DNA of 44,341 nt from the UHGV virus genome UHGV-0173462. The stretch is one strand, 5' to 3'. Made by a program: the position numbers and the translations under genes. The notes beneath the pieces were generated by a model. That model was not told the origin of the DNA, ran no database searches, and saw only the letters and a list, made by a program, of their open reading frames with translations. Source of the stretch: a virus. Each line of letters begins with the position of its first letter. The first letter of the stretch is position 1. Below are positions 7,426 through 16,396 of this stretch, piece after piece.

Positions 7426-8662
7426 TGTGTTGAGTACCGAAGAATCTATTATATCTAACCTCATGCGTAACCCAGAGTTACTAAGTAAATTCAGATTGAA
7501 ACCTGAAATGTTTACTGATGAAAAATTAAGAGTGTTCATTGAGTATGCACTAGAGCAAGGGAAGGTCGATGTAAACCAGATCTACTTTAAAAGTCGTGAT
7601 GATAATGAATTTATATCTACTGACCGATTAGGTCGTTTATACAACTCAGATGGCACTGACAAGGCGTTTTTTATGGACGACCAATTGAACCTATTACAAG
7701 AATACGTTTTGTCACAAGCTCGTGAGAAGCTGACAGAGTATCAATCAATGCCGAATAAAGAAAATTTTAATTATTTGGTAGAGGAATTAGAGAAATTAAA
7801 AGGTATGACAATAAAAAAAGCAGACGCTACTGATAGTTTTCTAGCTGAAGTTGTAGAAAATATTCTATCTGATGAACCAAAACAATTTATTAAAACTGGT
7901 ATTGCTTCTATAGATAACAAAATCATTGGTTTTGAACCAGGTCAGTTGAATGTATTAGGTGCAAGACCTTCGTTAGGTAAAACTTCTCTTGCATTAACGA
8001 TGATGTGGAATATCGCGCAGCGTGGGTACCCTACAACGTTCTTTAGTTTAGAAACTGGAGGTAACAATATCGTTGAGAGATTAGTTGCAACAATAACAAA
8101 TATTCCACTATCTAAAATTAAGCAAGGCAACGGATTAAATGATGATGAAGTTTCATCGGTAATGTCTGCTATAGATCAAATAAAAAAATGTAATTCTTTA
8201 AAGATTGAGGACCAAGCACAAATGACACCACAAGATGTTCGAGAAGTTGCTTCGCAGAAAACAGATAAACCTCACGTTATATTTATTGATTATCTTACAC
8301 TCATGCAATCAGATGTACCTCAACGTGATAGACGGTTAGAAGTTGAAAAGATTTCTCGTGATTTAAAAATTATAGCTAAAGAAACAGGTTGTATCATTAT
8401 CGCGCTATCTCAATTAAGTAGAGGTGTAGAAAGTCGTAGTGATAAGCGTCCGATGATGTCTGATTTAAGAGAAGCAGGAGGAATTGAGCAAGACGCGAAT
8501 ATGATTTTCTTCTTATACCGTGACGATTATTACGACCAAGACCAACAAGACAACATTACAGGCAAGTCGGAAATCGAATTCATTATTTCTAAAAATAAAG
8601 ACGGAGAAACAGGGGTGGCACACCTTGATTTCTACAAGAAAACGCAGAGGTTTTATGGATGA
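7412..8662 (+). CDS. dnaB: DnaB-family replicative DNA helicase
   Basis: Walker A GARPSLGKTSLALTM, RecA-like C-terminal domain (IFIDYLTLMQ, IIIALSQLSRGVESRSDKRPMMSDLREAGGIEQDANMIFFLYRDDYY). Confidence 0.9.
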   Translation: MMSIDVLSTEESIISNLMRNPELLSKFRLKPEMFTDEKLRVFIEYALEQGKVDVNQIYFKSRDDNEFISTDRLGRLYNSDGTDKAFFMDDQLNLLQEYVLSQAREKLTEYQSMPNKENFNYLVEELEKLKGMTIKKADATDSFLAEVVENILSDEPKQFIKTGIASIDNKIIGFEPGQLNVLGARPSLGKTSLALTMMWNIAQRGYPTTFFSLETGGNNIVERLVATITNIPLSKIKQGNGLNDDEVSSVMSAIDQIKKCNSLKIEDQAQMTPQDVREVASQKTDKPHVIFIDYLTLMQSDVPQRDRRLEVEKISRDLKIIAKETGCIIIALSQLSRGVESRSDKRPMMSDLREAGGIEQDANMIFFLYRDDYYDQDQQDNITGKSEIEFIISKNKDGETGVAHLDFYKKTQRFYG

Positions 8663-8880
8663 AAGTTTATGAGTATCAGCAACTTTTAGGTTTTATGTAT
8701 CGAGAGGATTATAAAGAAGATCCGACCATAGCCAAAATATTAATTGAGTCTGGGTGGGCAGTTAAAAGGCTGCTTGATACTAGAACCATTAAACCCTTTG
8801 ACGATTATGAAGAAGTGAAAGAGTTAATCATGAATGAAACGAAGTGGAGGCAACCAGATGGGACTTATCGACGGACTTAA
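8659..8880 (+). CDS. Hypothetical protein
   Basis: 73 aa ORF, ATGA overlap with dnaB stop. Confidence 0.5.
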   Translation: MKVYEYQQLLGFMYREDYKEDPTIAKILIESGWAVKRLLDTRTIKPFDDYEEVKELIMNETKWRQPDGTYRRT

Positions 8881-9103
8881 AAAGCAATACACGTTATATC
8901 AGATTGACGGTTGGAAGATGTGCAGTGTAACGCCGTTAGGAGAAGATACATTCAAACTAGGTAACTATGCAGGCATACACTTTAGAAACACATTCTCAGG
9001 AACAGTAACGAAAGATGAACTAGAAAAACTGAAACGCAAACATAAGCTTTTCAGAAAAGAAGAACTGCAACAGCAAATGACAATTAACGAATTATTATTT
9101 TGA
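8858..9103 (+). CDS. Hypothetical protein
   Basis: Internal ATG with RBS GTGGAGG; ORF track 8834..9103. Confidence 0.5.
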   Translation: MGLIDGLKKQYTLYQIDGWKMCSVTPLGEDTFKLGNYAGIHFRNTFSGTVTKDELEKLKRKHKLFRKEELQQQMTINELLF

Positions 9104-9112
9104 GGTGGAACT

Positions 9113-9529
9113 TTGAGTAAATACAATTCTAAAAAAGTTGAATATAAAGGTGTCGTGTTCGATAGCAAAATTGAATGTGACTTCTACCAGCATTTAGAAC
9201 GTAACTTAGGTAAGAGGTATGACCGTATCGAGTTGCAACCTAAGTACGAATTACAACCTAAATTTGAAAATTTCAGATCTATTAACTATGTAGCAGATTT
9301 TGCTTTATGGAAAGATGGCAAGCTAATCGAAGTGATAGATGTAAAAGGTATGCCTACTCCAGAAGCCAAAATAAAATCAAAGATATTTAGATATCAAAAC
9401 AGAGATATACCACTCACGTGGATATGTAAAGCGCCTAAATACACAGGTCAAGAGTGGATAACGTATGAAGAACTAATCAAGGTACGCAAAAAACGTAAGA
9501 AGGAGAAGATGAAGGATGGTAAAGATTAA
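9113..9529 (+). CDS. DUF1064-like PD-(D/E)XK-type nuclease-fold protein
   Basis: ECDFYQHL...YVADFALWKDGKLIEVIDVKG (D...E.K motif); family common in staphylococcal phage early regions. Confidence 0.55.
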   Translation: MSKYNSKKVEYKGVVFDSKIECDFYQHLERNLGKRYDRIELQPKYELQPKFENFRSINYVADFALWKDGKLIEVIDVKGMPTPEAKIKSKIFRYQNRDIPLTWICKAPKYTGQEWITYEELIKVRKKRKKEKMKDGKD

Positions 9530-9890
9530 AAAGAAAGTTGAAATGACATTACCAGAGTTGATTACATGGGCATGGAAGAATGGAATTAAAAGTGAAATGT
9601 TTTATAGCAATATTGATGGTCATTATGTGCATTTTGATATGGCCGAAAGAGTTTTTATAGAGCATGAAGTTGATAAAGATGAAACTTTCACAGTAGAAAT
9701 TGGAGAAGAGATTACTGAAAATACAAAAATTCCAGAAATGCTTGAGATATTTCAAGATAATGATGCAACGCAATGGTTCGGGAATTCTATTGAACAAGTA
9801 AAAGACGACTTTAGTAGAGAATTCTGGTTAAAAGACGGAAATACAATGACACTCATCTGGAAATATGGCGAATTGGTCGGTGATGAGTAA
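9516..9890 (+). CDS. Hypothetical protein (paralog of 12248..12646)
   Basis: Shares MVKIK N-terminus and ...TLIWKYGELV C-terminal motif with 12248 ORF. Confidence 0.55.
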   Translation: MVKIKKKVEMTLPELITWAWKNGIKSEMFYSNIDGHYVHFDMAERVFIEHEVDKDETFTVEIGEEITENTKIPEMLEIFQDNDATQWFGNSIEQVKDDFSREFWLKDGNTMTLIWKYGELVGDE

Positions 9891-10081
9891 TGGCTAATAG
9901 AGAAGAAACAGTCACAGTCGAAGCAACAATGAAAGTTAGATGTAAGTATCCAGTTTGGGTAAACAATCAAATTACTGCAAGTGATGAAAAGGAACGCATT
10001 TTAGATTTAATCAGTAAGAATCCTGAAAAAGAGTTAATGAGCGAAGATTTTAAACTAATTGAATTGGTAGAGGTGGAGTGA
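9890..10081 (+). CDS. Hypothetical protein
   Basis: 63 aa, translationally coupled. Confidence 0.45.
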   Translation: MANREETVTVEATMKVRCKYPVWVNNQITASDEKERILDLISKNPEKELMSEDFKLIELVEVE

Positions 10082-10441
10082 ATGGAAGCGACAAAAATGA
10101 GAGTTAAAAATAAATACTTCTCTATTACACCAGATGTAGTAGAGAAAATGAAAGAAGCAGATATCAATCCCGATATCTTAAGACAAAGATTAGCTTCTGG
10201 TTGGAAATTTGAAGATGCAATAGAAGCACCTATTGGAGTAAGACGTAGTGAGTGGGATAGTTTAAAACCTAAAGAGGACGAAATCGCTAGTTATAAGGAA
10301 AGAATGAAACAACGAAGATTACAAGAGTTGAAACGTAAGAAACCACATTTATTCACAGTGCCTCAAAAACACCCTCGTGGTGAATGGTGCAAGCATCTTA
10401 TGGAGAATGACATATTCCCTAGAAAGGTGGTTAGATCATGA
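10082..10441 (+). CDS. Hypothetical protein
   Basis: 119 aa, basic C-terminus. Confidence 0.5.
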   Translation: MEATKMRVKNKYFSITPDVVEKMKEADINPDILRQRLASGWKFEDAIEAPIGVRRSEWDSLKPKEDEIASYKERMKQRRLQELKRKKPHLFTVPQKHPRGEWCKHLMENDIFPRKVVRS

Positions 10442-10881
10442 GCGTTAAGGACTTGAGTAGAGGTAACACAATTAGAATGCATGGACTTAACGGTGTGGAA
10501 GTTACAGCAAAGGTTAAAAATGTATATCGTTTAGTTCATTCAAGACGTGGTGCGGCTAAATGGGTTGCTGATGTAAAAGCGATTGATGGGAAAACTTGGA
10601 CTATTGATGATAATTACGATTTTTACTCATTACCAGATGAAAATGAAGAAAACAAAAAGACGTTATATGACAAGATTAACCACCCGTCGCATTATACGTA
10701 TGGAGATATAGAAATAATGGATTTTATAGAACAGGTCACTAAAGATTATAAACCAGAGTTAGCATTTGCGATTGGTAATGCAATTAAATATATCAGTCGA
10801 GCTAATCGTAAGAACGGAAAAGAAGATTTAGACAAAGCGCGTTGGTATCTAAACAGAGCATTTGAGAAGTGGGAGGCATAA
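10438..10881 (+). CDS. DUF3310-family phage protein
   Basis: NHPSHYTYGDIEIMDFIEQ...AIGNAIKYISRANRKNGKEDLDKARWYL matches the DUF3310 signature. Confidence 0.6.
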   Translation: MSVKDLSRGNTIRMHGLNGVEVTAKVKNVYRLVHSRRGAAKWVADVKAIDGKTWTIDDNYDFYSLPDENEENKKTLYDKINHPSHYTYGDIEIMDFIEQVTKDYKPELAFAIGNAIKYISRANRKNGKEDLDKARWYLNRAFEKWEA

Positions 10882-10885
10882 GAAA

Positions 10886-11173
10886 ATGGCATATGATGTG
10901 GACTTTTGGTATCAATCACAAAATGCTTGTCAAATAACTACAACGTTTACTCCGTTTTCTGACGATAAAGAAGAAAGTATTTATATGGATAACGAAGATT
11001 TCTTTGCGATGGTAGATCAATTTAGTGATGCTAGTTTGATGTATGAAGCTTGGAGAATATTAAGAAGTCAATTAGAAGGGGAAAGTAAACAAAAAATGTT
11101 GGAACTCGAAAAAAATTTAGGAATTGATGTAGATAAGGAATTAAAAAATATATACGAAAGGTCAATAGAATGA
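10886..11173 (+). CDS. Hypothetical protein
   Basis: Internal ATG with RBS GGGAGGCATAAGAAA; ORF track 10862..11173. Confidence 0.5.
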   Translation: MAYDVDFWYQSQNACQITTTFTPFSDDKEESIYMDNEDFFAMVDQFSDASLMYEAWRILRSQLEGESKQKMLELEKNLGIDVDKELKNIYERSIE

Positions 11174-11188
11174 TAAGGAGGACTAATT

Positions 11189-11869
11189 ATGGTGTATATG
11201 TATGAACCATTCACTCACACAGTGACTAAGACAGACCTATCTCATTTGCACAACATTACAGGTATTCCACTAAACACACTGTGGTATCAAAAGGAACGTG
11301 GCACATATAACGATAAATTGAAGTGCTTCTTTACTGACACAATGCCGAGAATGAATAAGAAACAGGAGTTTAACGAAAGAGTTGTAGCAAAAGATGAAAT
11401 TTGGAAGTACAGCGAGAAGTATGATCTATACGTAAGTAACTTAGGCAGAATGAAAAGACCTGATGGTAAATATAAATTTGCGAATGGTTGTAACGGTATT
11501 TCCACAGTTATTTATAAGAATAAGAAGTATCGTGCAGCAGATATTGTATATGAAACGTTTATCGGTAACTTAAAAAACGGATCACACGCATATCCGAAAG
11601 ATAGTAGATACAACAACTTTATTGCAGATAACCTATTCCAATCTACATTACAAAAATATAGAGTGTATCGCAGAAATAAAGGTGTATCTAAACCAGTATA
11701 TCTAGTAGATAGCGACAACCAAATTGTTGAAGAATTCGCAAGTACAGTAGAAGCTCAAAAATTATTGTTCATAGACAGACGGAATATCGCAAGGAAGTGC
11801 AACCGTAAACATGTAAGTGACGGATTGATGTATATGTGGGCAGACGAATACGAGAAGATGAACGCATGA
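11189..11869 (+). CDS. Free-standing HNH homing-endonuclease-like protein (NUMOD4 + HNH_3-like + C-terminal DNA-binding motif)
   Basis: WKYSEKYDLYVSNLGRMKRPDGKY (NUMOD4-like); GSHAYPKDSRYNNFIADNL (HNH_3-like H..N..N). Confidence 0.6.
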   Translation: MVYMYEPFTHTVTKTDLSHLHNITGIPLNTLWYQKERGTYNDKLKCFFTDTMPRMNKKQEFNERVVAKDEIWKYSEKYDLYVSNLGRMKRPDGKYKFANGCNGISTVIYKNKKYRAADIVYETFIGNLKNGSHAYPKDSRYNNFIADNLFQSTLQKYRVYRRNKGVSKPVYLVDSDNQIVEEFASTVEAQKLLFIDRRNIARKCNRKHVSDGLMYMWADEYEKMNA

Positions 11870-12063
11870 TACTATCCGACACAATCAACCAAAGATACAG
11901 ATACAACACACAAGGCAAGACACCTACCCAGATACAACAGGAGTTACGACAGATAGGTGTTAAAGGCTTTGTGGTTAAGATAGCAGGAAACAGAGTGACG
12001 ATGAAAGTTAGTGAAAACGATATTAAAAAGAACAGGGAGTGTATAAGGAATGGCAACAGATAA
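11866..12063 (+). CDS. Hypothetical protein
   Basis: ATGA overlap with upstream stop; ORF track 11836..12063. Confidence 0.45.
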   Translation: MILSDTINQRYRYNTQGKTPTQIQQELRQIGVKGFVVKIAGNRVTMKVSENDIKKNRECIRNGNR

Positions 12064-12229
12064 ACAAGTTGAATACGTTTGTAGTTTGCAAGGACAAACG
12101 TCACTTACCGATTATAGTCGTAAAGAAATAAAAGCTATGACGCATAAAGAAGTAAGCAATTTAATAAGTGAATTACAAGATGACATATTATATAACGAGT
12201 TAATGAGTTACGGATTACCTAATCAATAA
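12050..12229 (+). CDS. Small hypothetical protein (59 aa)
   Basis: Hand-translated MATDKQVEYVCSLQGQTSLTDYSRKEIKAMTHKEVSNLISELQDDILYNELMSYGLPNQ*; fills a coding gap; below ORF-track cutoff. Confidence 0.4.
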   Translation: MATDKQVEYVCSLQGQTSLTDYSRKEIKAMTHKEVSNLISELQDDILYNELMSYGLPNQ

Positions 12230-12247
12230 ATAAGGAGTGCATTATGA

Positions 12248-12646
12248 ATGGTTAAAATTAAAGTGACAAAGGAATTTGATTTTGCAGAGTTAATAAATCA
12301 TATCAAAAACACAAGTTATCAACCTAAAGAATATTTAGCGAAAGACGGATCAACAAAGGTTATCGTTGGTAGTTTAGGAAGTATTACGTTTGATAATAAA
12401 AATTTTATATACCCTGAAACTAATTTTCGTATAGAAGTCGAAAAAGAAGTTACAGAAAAAACTGAAATTGATAATTTAGTAGAAATAGTTATTATTGATA
12501 AAAATATACCACACACTTCAGTTTTCTATAACACTAGCATAAACGAAAGATTGTCTATTACCAGATATAGACCGCAAGTTTTCTATATGTTGAATGATGA
12601 TTCAACTATAACTCGAATATGGGAAAACGGAAAATTAGTAGATTAA
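12248..12646 (+). CDS. Hypothetical protein (paralog of 9516..9890)
   Basis: MVKIK...TITRIWENGKLVD. Confidence 0.55.
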   Translation: MVKIKVTKEFDFAELINHIKNTSYQPKEYLAKDGSTKVIVGSLGSITFDNKNFIYPETNFRIEVEKEVTEKTEIDNLVEIVIIDKNIPHTSVFYNTSINERLSITRYRPQVFYMLNDDSTITRIWENGKLVD

Positions 12647-12649
12647 GGA

Positions 12650-13003
12650 GTGTTTACGATAGACATCAACAACTTATACACATACAAAGCAACATGCACC
12701 AATGTTGTTGACGGGGATACGATAGATATTTTACTGGACTGTGGCTTTGATACCTATGCTAAACGTCGCGTGCGTTTGCTAGGTGTCGATACGCCAGAGA
12801 GAGGACAAGAGAATTATAAAGAAGCTGCCGATTTTACTAAATCGTGTGTAGAAAACAAAGATATATACGTTCAGACCTACAAGAGCGATGTGTTTGGTAG
12901 ATACCTAGCTAATGTATGGTACGAGGACGGGAAACGTAGTTTGAATGATGATCTAAGAAGTGCAGGGCTTTTGAAAGAGAATTCTAAATGGAATGAGGGA
13001 TAA
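12650..13003 (+). CDS. Staphylococcal-nuclease (SNase/thermonuclease)-like nuclease
   Basis: VVDGDTIDILL...RRVRLLGVDTPE SNase catalytic motif; GTG start overlaps an AAGGAG and lies 4 nt after the upstream stop (start uncertain). Confidence 0.65.
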   Translation: MFTIDINNLYTYKATCTNVVDGDTIDILLDCGFDTYAKRRVRLLGVDTPERGQENYKEAADFTKSCVENKDIYVQTYKSDVFGRYLANVWYEDGKRSLNDDLRSAGLLKENSKWNEG

Positions 13004-13007
13004 ATAG

Positions 13008-13160
13008 ATGAATGCAGAAGCTAAGTTTGTATCTAGTGTTATGGACGCTAGATTGAAGAAAGTAAAAAGAGAACGTGACAGTTTACTCAAACAACGTGAT
13101 GAATTAATAAAGGATATAGCTGAATTAAGACGGAAACTGGAGGCTTGCAATGGACAATAG
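13008..13160 (+). CDS. Small coiled-coil protein (50 aa)
   Basis: RBS GAGGGATAAATAG-ATG; MNAEAKFVSSVMDARLKKVKRERDSLLKQRDELIKDIAELRRKLEACNGQ*. Confidence 0.4.
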   Translation: MNAEAKFVSSVMDARLKKVKRERDSLLKQRDELIKDIAELRRKLEACNGQ

Positions 13161-13284
13161 AGAGTTTATCCAACACTGTATAGTACCATTTACAGTATTT
13201 CCTAATAAAAGGAAAGCTAAAAGAGTTTTAAAGAAGTTAAATAAAATTGGAGTAGATGATTTTTATTTGCTATCAATTAATTAA
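13150..13284 (+). CDS. Small hypothetical protein (44 aa)
   Basis: RBS GGAGG 8 nt upstream of ATG; overlaps previous ORF by 11 nt. Confidence 0.35.
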   Translation: MDNREFIQHCIVPFTVFPNKRKAKRVLKKLNKIGVDDFYLLSIN

Positions 13285-13315
13285 AATATACATTTAATAA
13301 GGAGAAAAAAATACT

Positions 13316-13552
13316 ATGAAAAAGAAATTTACAATTGAAGTTGAAATGGAAGAAAGATGGGTTAATGAATTTATGTCAATGCTAGATAAGATGGAGTATT
13401 TAGGTGACTTAGGCGCATCAAGAACAGTTTCTATATATGCTGATGGGGATGGTGATTTTAAACCTAAGTTTAAAACAGATGTAGCTTGGACTAGAGTTAG
13501 ACCTAAAGGCGCAGACTATGATTTAAATGATAATCATTATGATGCTGGGTAA
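13316..13552 (+). CDS. Hypothetical protein
   Basis: 78 aa; RBS AATAAGGAGAAAAAAATACT-ATG. Confidence 0.55.
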   Translation: MKKKFTIEVEMEERWVNEFMSMLDKMEYLGDLGASRTVSIYADGDGDFKPKFKTDVAWTRVRPKGADYDLNDNHYDAG

Positions 13553-13640
13553 AACATACAATTTATAAGGAAAAAAATATTATGAAAAGAAATTATTGAA
13601 CTTAATGAAGAAGCAAAAAGCGAAGTAGAAATAAGAGTTT
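13553..13640 (+). pseudogene. Degenerate duplicate of the RBS/5' end of gene 13316 (AACATACAATTTATAAGGAAAAAAATATT-ATGAAAAGAAATTATTGA)
   Basis: High similarity to 13285-13335 (AATATACATTTAATAAGGAGAAAAAAATACT-ATGAAAAAGAAATTT...); reading frame stops after 5 codons. Confidence 0.35.
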
Positions 13641-13699
13641 TAACTTTAGAATAGTAGAAAGTAATTCAAAGAGTTTAGTAGAAAATGGAGGAACAATAA

Positions 13700-14023
13700 A
13701 TGACTAATCAATTAACAGTAGATCAATTAATTAAACAAGTAGAACAATGGAGTAAGGATAAAGATTTGCACAATGGCAATCCGGATAGACAAGCGTTGAA
13801 GTTTTACGAAGAGGCAGGAGAAGTTGGTGCAGCATTATCACGTGGTAATTTAGAGGCTTTAAAAGACGGTATAGGCGATACAGTCGTTACATTAATCATA
13901 TTAGCACAACAACATGATATGACGTTACAGGAGTGTTTACAGTATGCATATGACGAGATTAAAGGGAGAAAAGGAAAGACAATCAATGGAACATTCATCA
14001 AAGAAGCAGACCTTAAAAAGTAA
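13700..14023 (+). CDS. MazG-like nucleotide pyrophosphohydrolase
   Basis: KFYEEAGEVGAALSRGNLEALKDGIGDTVVTLIILAQ matches the MazG E..E..E..D helix motif. Confidence 0.7.
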   Translation: MTNQLTVDQLIKQVEQWSKDKDLHNGNPDRQALKFYEEAGEVGAALSRGNLEALKDGIGDTVVTLIILAQQHDMTLQECLQYAYDEIKGRKGKTINGTFIKEADLKK

Positions 14024-14071
14024 GGACATAGTAGCAGAGATTAAAAGAATACTTGGTAAGGAGTGAATGGA

Positions 14072-14374
14072 ATGGAAGATAAAATCATTCAAATTATACC
14101 AGCACCAGAAAATTTATATGTAAGAATTATTAACGCTAGCAACACAGAAACTGAATATATACCAATAGTATGCATAGCACTAACAAGCCGAGGCTTTATA
14201 GAATTTTGTTATACAAATTTTCTTGGCATAATTTCTGAAATCCCATCAGATTCAGATGATTTAGAACCTCGTATAGTTAGATACAACTCTAAGACAGATG
14301 AATTTGAACAGATTGAGATAAGTAGACCGGGCGCTTTAATTAGAAGTCAAATGACAAGATTTAAACAGGAGTGA
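14072..14374 (+). CDS. Hypothetical protein
   Basis: ATG at 14072 has AAGGAG at ideal spacing; ORF-track GTG 14063 overlaps the SD. Confidence 0.5.
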   Translation: MEDKIIQIIPAPENLYVRIINASNTETEYIPIVCIALTSRGFIEFCYTNFLGIISEIPSDSDDLEPRIVRYNSKTDEFEQIEISRPGALIRSQMTRFKQE

Positions 14375-14378
14375 TACC

Positions 14379-14477
14379 ATGCCACAATTCCTAATCAGAG
14401 AATTCACAGATAGCACAGGTCATATTCACACGGATATAGAGAAAGCACGCACAAACGAAACTCTCTCTCTATTGTAG
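14379..14477 (+). CDS. Tiny ORF (32 aa)
   Basis: RBS GGAGTGATACC-ATG; speculative. Confidence 0.25.
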   Translation: MPQFLIREFTDSTGHIHTDIEKARTNETLSLL

Positions 14478-14522
14478 AGGCAGAGGATAAAGAAGAAGCT
14501 AAGAAGAAAGCGAGTGAACGGA

Positions 14523-14675
14523 ATGAAAAGTAGTGAAGAAGTAATCGTAAAATTAAAAAGTGTAATTAGCGATATTGAAGAAACAAAGCAGGAAGATTCA
14601 ATAACACTTACTTATAAATCAGCATTGGAACATGTTATAGAATATATCGAACACGGAGATGATGTGGATGATTAA
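14523..14675 (+). CDS. Small acidic hypothetical protein (50 aa)
   Basis: MKSSEEVIVKLKSVISDIEETKQEDSITLTYKSALEHVIEYIEHGDDVDD*; weak RBS GAGTGAACGG. Confidence 0.3.
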   Translation: MKSSEEVIVKLKSVISDIEETKQEDSITLTYKSALEHVIEYIEHGDDVDD

Positions 14676-14838
14676 ACGCATATTAAAGATTTGGTTTACT
14701 ATCGCTATGTATGAGTTAGGTAAATGGATTGGTAGAGAGTTGTATTATAAGTTAACTTCAAACGATGAGGTGGAAGTGCCTAAGGACTTCGACGAATACG
14801 ACCACACTCATTTGAATGGCATATACGGAGGTTATTAA
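14668..14838 (+). CDS. Small hypothetical protein (56 aa)
   Basis: RBS GGAGATGATGTGG-ATG; coupled to next gene. Confidence 0.3.
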   Translation: MIKRILKIWFTIAMYELGKWIGRELYYKLTSNDEVEVPKDFDEYDHTHLNGIYGGY

Positions 14839-14839
14839 A

Positions 14840-15238
14840 GTGATTTGGATAAGTTTATTATCGGTAACAATTGTGTTAGTACTGTGTATTTTTGCTATAT
14901 ATAAGTGGATTAAAGCAGAGAAAAGAGTTAATGAGTTACAGGAAGATAAACATGGATTGCAATTAGATAAGTTACATTTAGAAAGAGAGGTATCTTGGTT
15001 GAAAAATAAGGATAATAAAAACAACATAGGCAAATACGTGGTTGAGTTAAAAAAAGGAGTATATTTAGTGAAAAAATATATAGGTAGTTATGGAAACACA
15101 TGCATAATCACTGACAATGTATTTGAAGCTTTATCTTACGACGATTTATATTCAGCTAAAGAAGATGCATGTAGTTTTAACGGACGTGTACTAGAACACA
15201 AACCTAATTTAGAGGTGGTCAAACAATGTGGGGCGTAA
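14840..15238 (+). CDS. Membrane-anchored coiled-coil protein (132 aa, GTG start)
   Basis: N-terminal TM helix VIWISLLSVTIVLVLCIFAIY; RBS GGAGG 8 nt upstream of GTG. Confidence 0.5.
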   Translation: MIWISLLSVTIVLVLCIFAIYKWIKAEKRVNELQEDKHGLQLDKLHLEREVSWLKNKDNKNNIGKYVVELKKGVYLVKKYIGSYGNTCIITDNVFEALSYDDLYSAKEDACSFNGRVLEHKPNLEVVKQCGA

Positions 15239-15366
15239 TAGCAATCATTATATTAGTTTTACTACTATTTGGCTCTATACTTGAACAGAATGATCTAAAA
15301 CATCAGTTAGAAGTGAAAGATTATGAGATTAAGACCTTGAAAGATAAGTTGGAGAATGGAGGGTAA
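15226..15366 (+). CDS. Small membrane peptide (46 aa)
   Basis: RBS GAGGTGG; MWGVIAIIILVLLLFGSILEQ... TM helix followed by coiled coil. Confidence 0.4.
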   Translation: MWGVIAIIILVLLLFGSILEQNDLKHQLEVKDYEIKTLKDKLENGG

Positions 15367-15588
15367 GTGATGTTTTATAAATCCAAGTGGATTAAATTAA
15401 AAACTCTAGTTCTTAGTTTAATTTTGATGATGCAAAACGATAAAGACCGTAGTACCCATGTTAAAATCGGTGAAATTGTAGCTTTAGAAAGTATATTAAG
15501 TAAAATGGATGAATATGACGGCGGTAATGATTTTCAAAATTTAAAGTATGAAGAATACAAAAAGCGAATTAATAAAAAAGGAAACTAA
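15367..15588 (+). CDS. Hypothetical protein
   Basis: 73 aa; RBS AATGGAGGGTAA. Confidence 0.5.
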   Translation: MMFYKSKWIKLKTLVLSLILMMQNDKDRSTHVKIGEIVALESILSKMDEYDGGNDFQNLKYEEYKKRINKKGN

Positions 15589-15605
15589 AGGAATGGAGGG
15601 TAAGT

Positions 15606-16022
15606 ATGATAACGATTGAACGACACGATATAAAGAAACTAGAAGATTATATCAAGAACATAGAGCGTTACAGACGAGAGTTAAAAGTAAGAGAGTATGA
15701 ATTGTTAGAGAACCACGAACCCGAAAATGTAGGTGCAGGTAAAAGTAATATACCAGGTAATCCTATTGAGAGAGAATCAATTAAGAAGTTAAGTGACAAT
15801 CGTTATAACAACTTACGCAACATTGTAAAAGGTGTAGACAAACTAATTTATGAATCAGATGAAGATACGCAAGACTTAATGCGTTTGAGATACTGGGAAT
15901 GTCCAATAGGTTGTAGTGAGTGGGAGGATATAGCTGACTACTTCGGAACAAGTAAGACGAGTATATTAAGACGACGTGACGCGATGATAAATAGATTGGC
16001 AGAATTCATAGGTTATGTGTAG
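15606..16022 (+). CDS. Late-gene transcriptional activator, ArpU/RinA family (sigma-70 region-4-like HTH)
   Basis: C-terminal EWEDIADYFGTSKTSILRRRDAMINRLAEFIG resembles sigma-70 r4; position immediately upstream of terS as for rinA. Confidence 0.65.
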   Translation: MITIERHDIKKLEDYIKNIERYRRELKVREYELLENHEPENVGAGKSNIPGNPIERESIKKLSDNRYNNLRNIVKGVDKLIYESDEDTQDLMRLRYWECPIGCSEWEDIADYFGTSKTSILRRRDAMINRLAEFIGYV

Positions 16023-16295
16023 GGGGTGGACTTTTGAAGTGTGTAAGTCCGTTTATAATCAGTGTATTATGATATTGTAAGAATTACCTCGCAAGACATA
16101 GTGTTTATCCTTTCGCACTATGGTGGGGTATTCAATTCAAAGTGATTGGATAAGTGCTTATCGTCTTTATAGACGTTGCGCATCCGATTGCTTGACTATC
16201 CGTCACAATGGCGGGTAGTTTAATTGAATCTTACAACACGGCTTCCGATACGATGATATGAATACTTGACATGTAATTTTTCTCCTCCCTTAATT

Positions 16296-16328
16296 AGTTA
16301 TCCGTGAGAACGCACGGGTAACTTTTTA
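16296..16328 (+). terminator. Rho-independent terminator T1 (GTTATCCGTG-agaacg-CACGGGTAAC + TTTTTAT)
   Basis: 10-bp stem with one mismatch followed by T-run. Confidence 0.6.
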
Positions 16329-16336
16329 TGTGTTGA

Positions 16337-16357
16337 TGTGACATAGAAGTGTGACAT
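16337..16357. repeat. Direct repeat (G/A)TGTGACAT x2 (16337-16344, 16350-16357) between two terminators; candidate late-activator binding site
   Basis: Visible 8/9-mer direct repeat with 13-bp periodicity. Confidence 0.3.
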
Positions 16358-16396
16358 GAGTACATAAACTCAAATAAATAACAAAACATAATCATT

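Noticed and set aside
11189-11869. Whether the free-standing HNH at 11189 is also intron-embedded
   Set aside because: Flanking genes are intact and tightly packed with normal starts and stops; no split ORF is evident.
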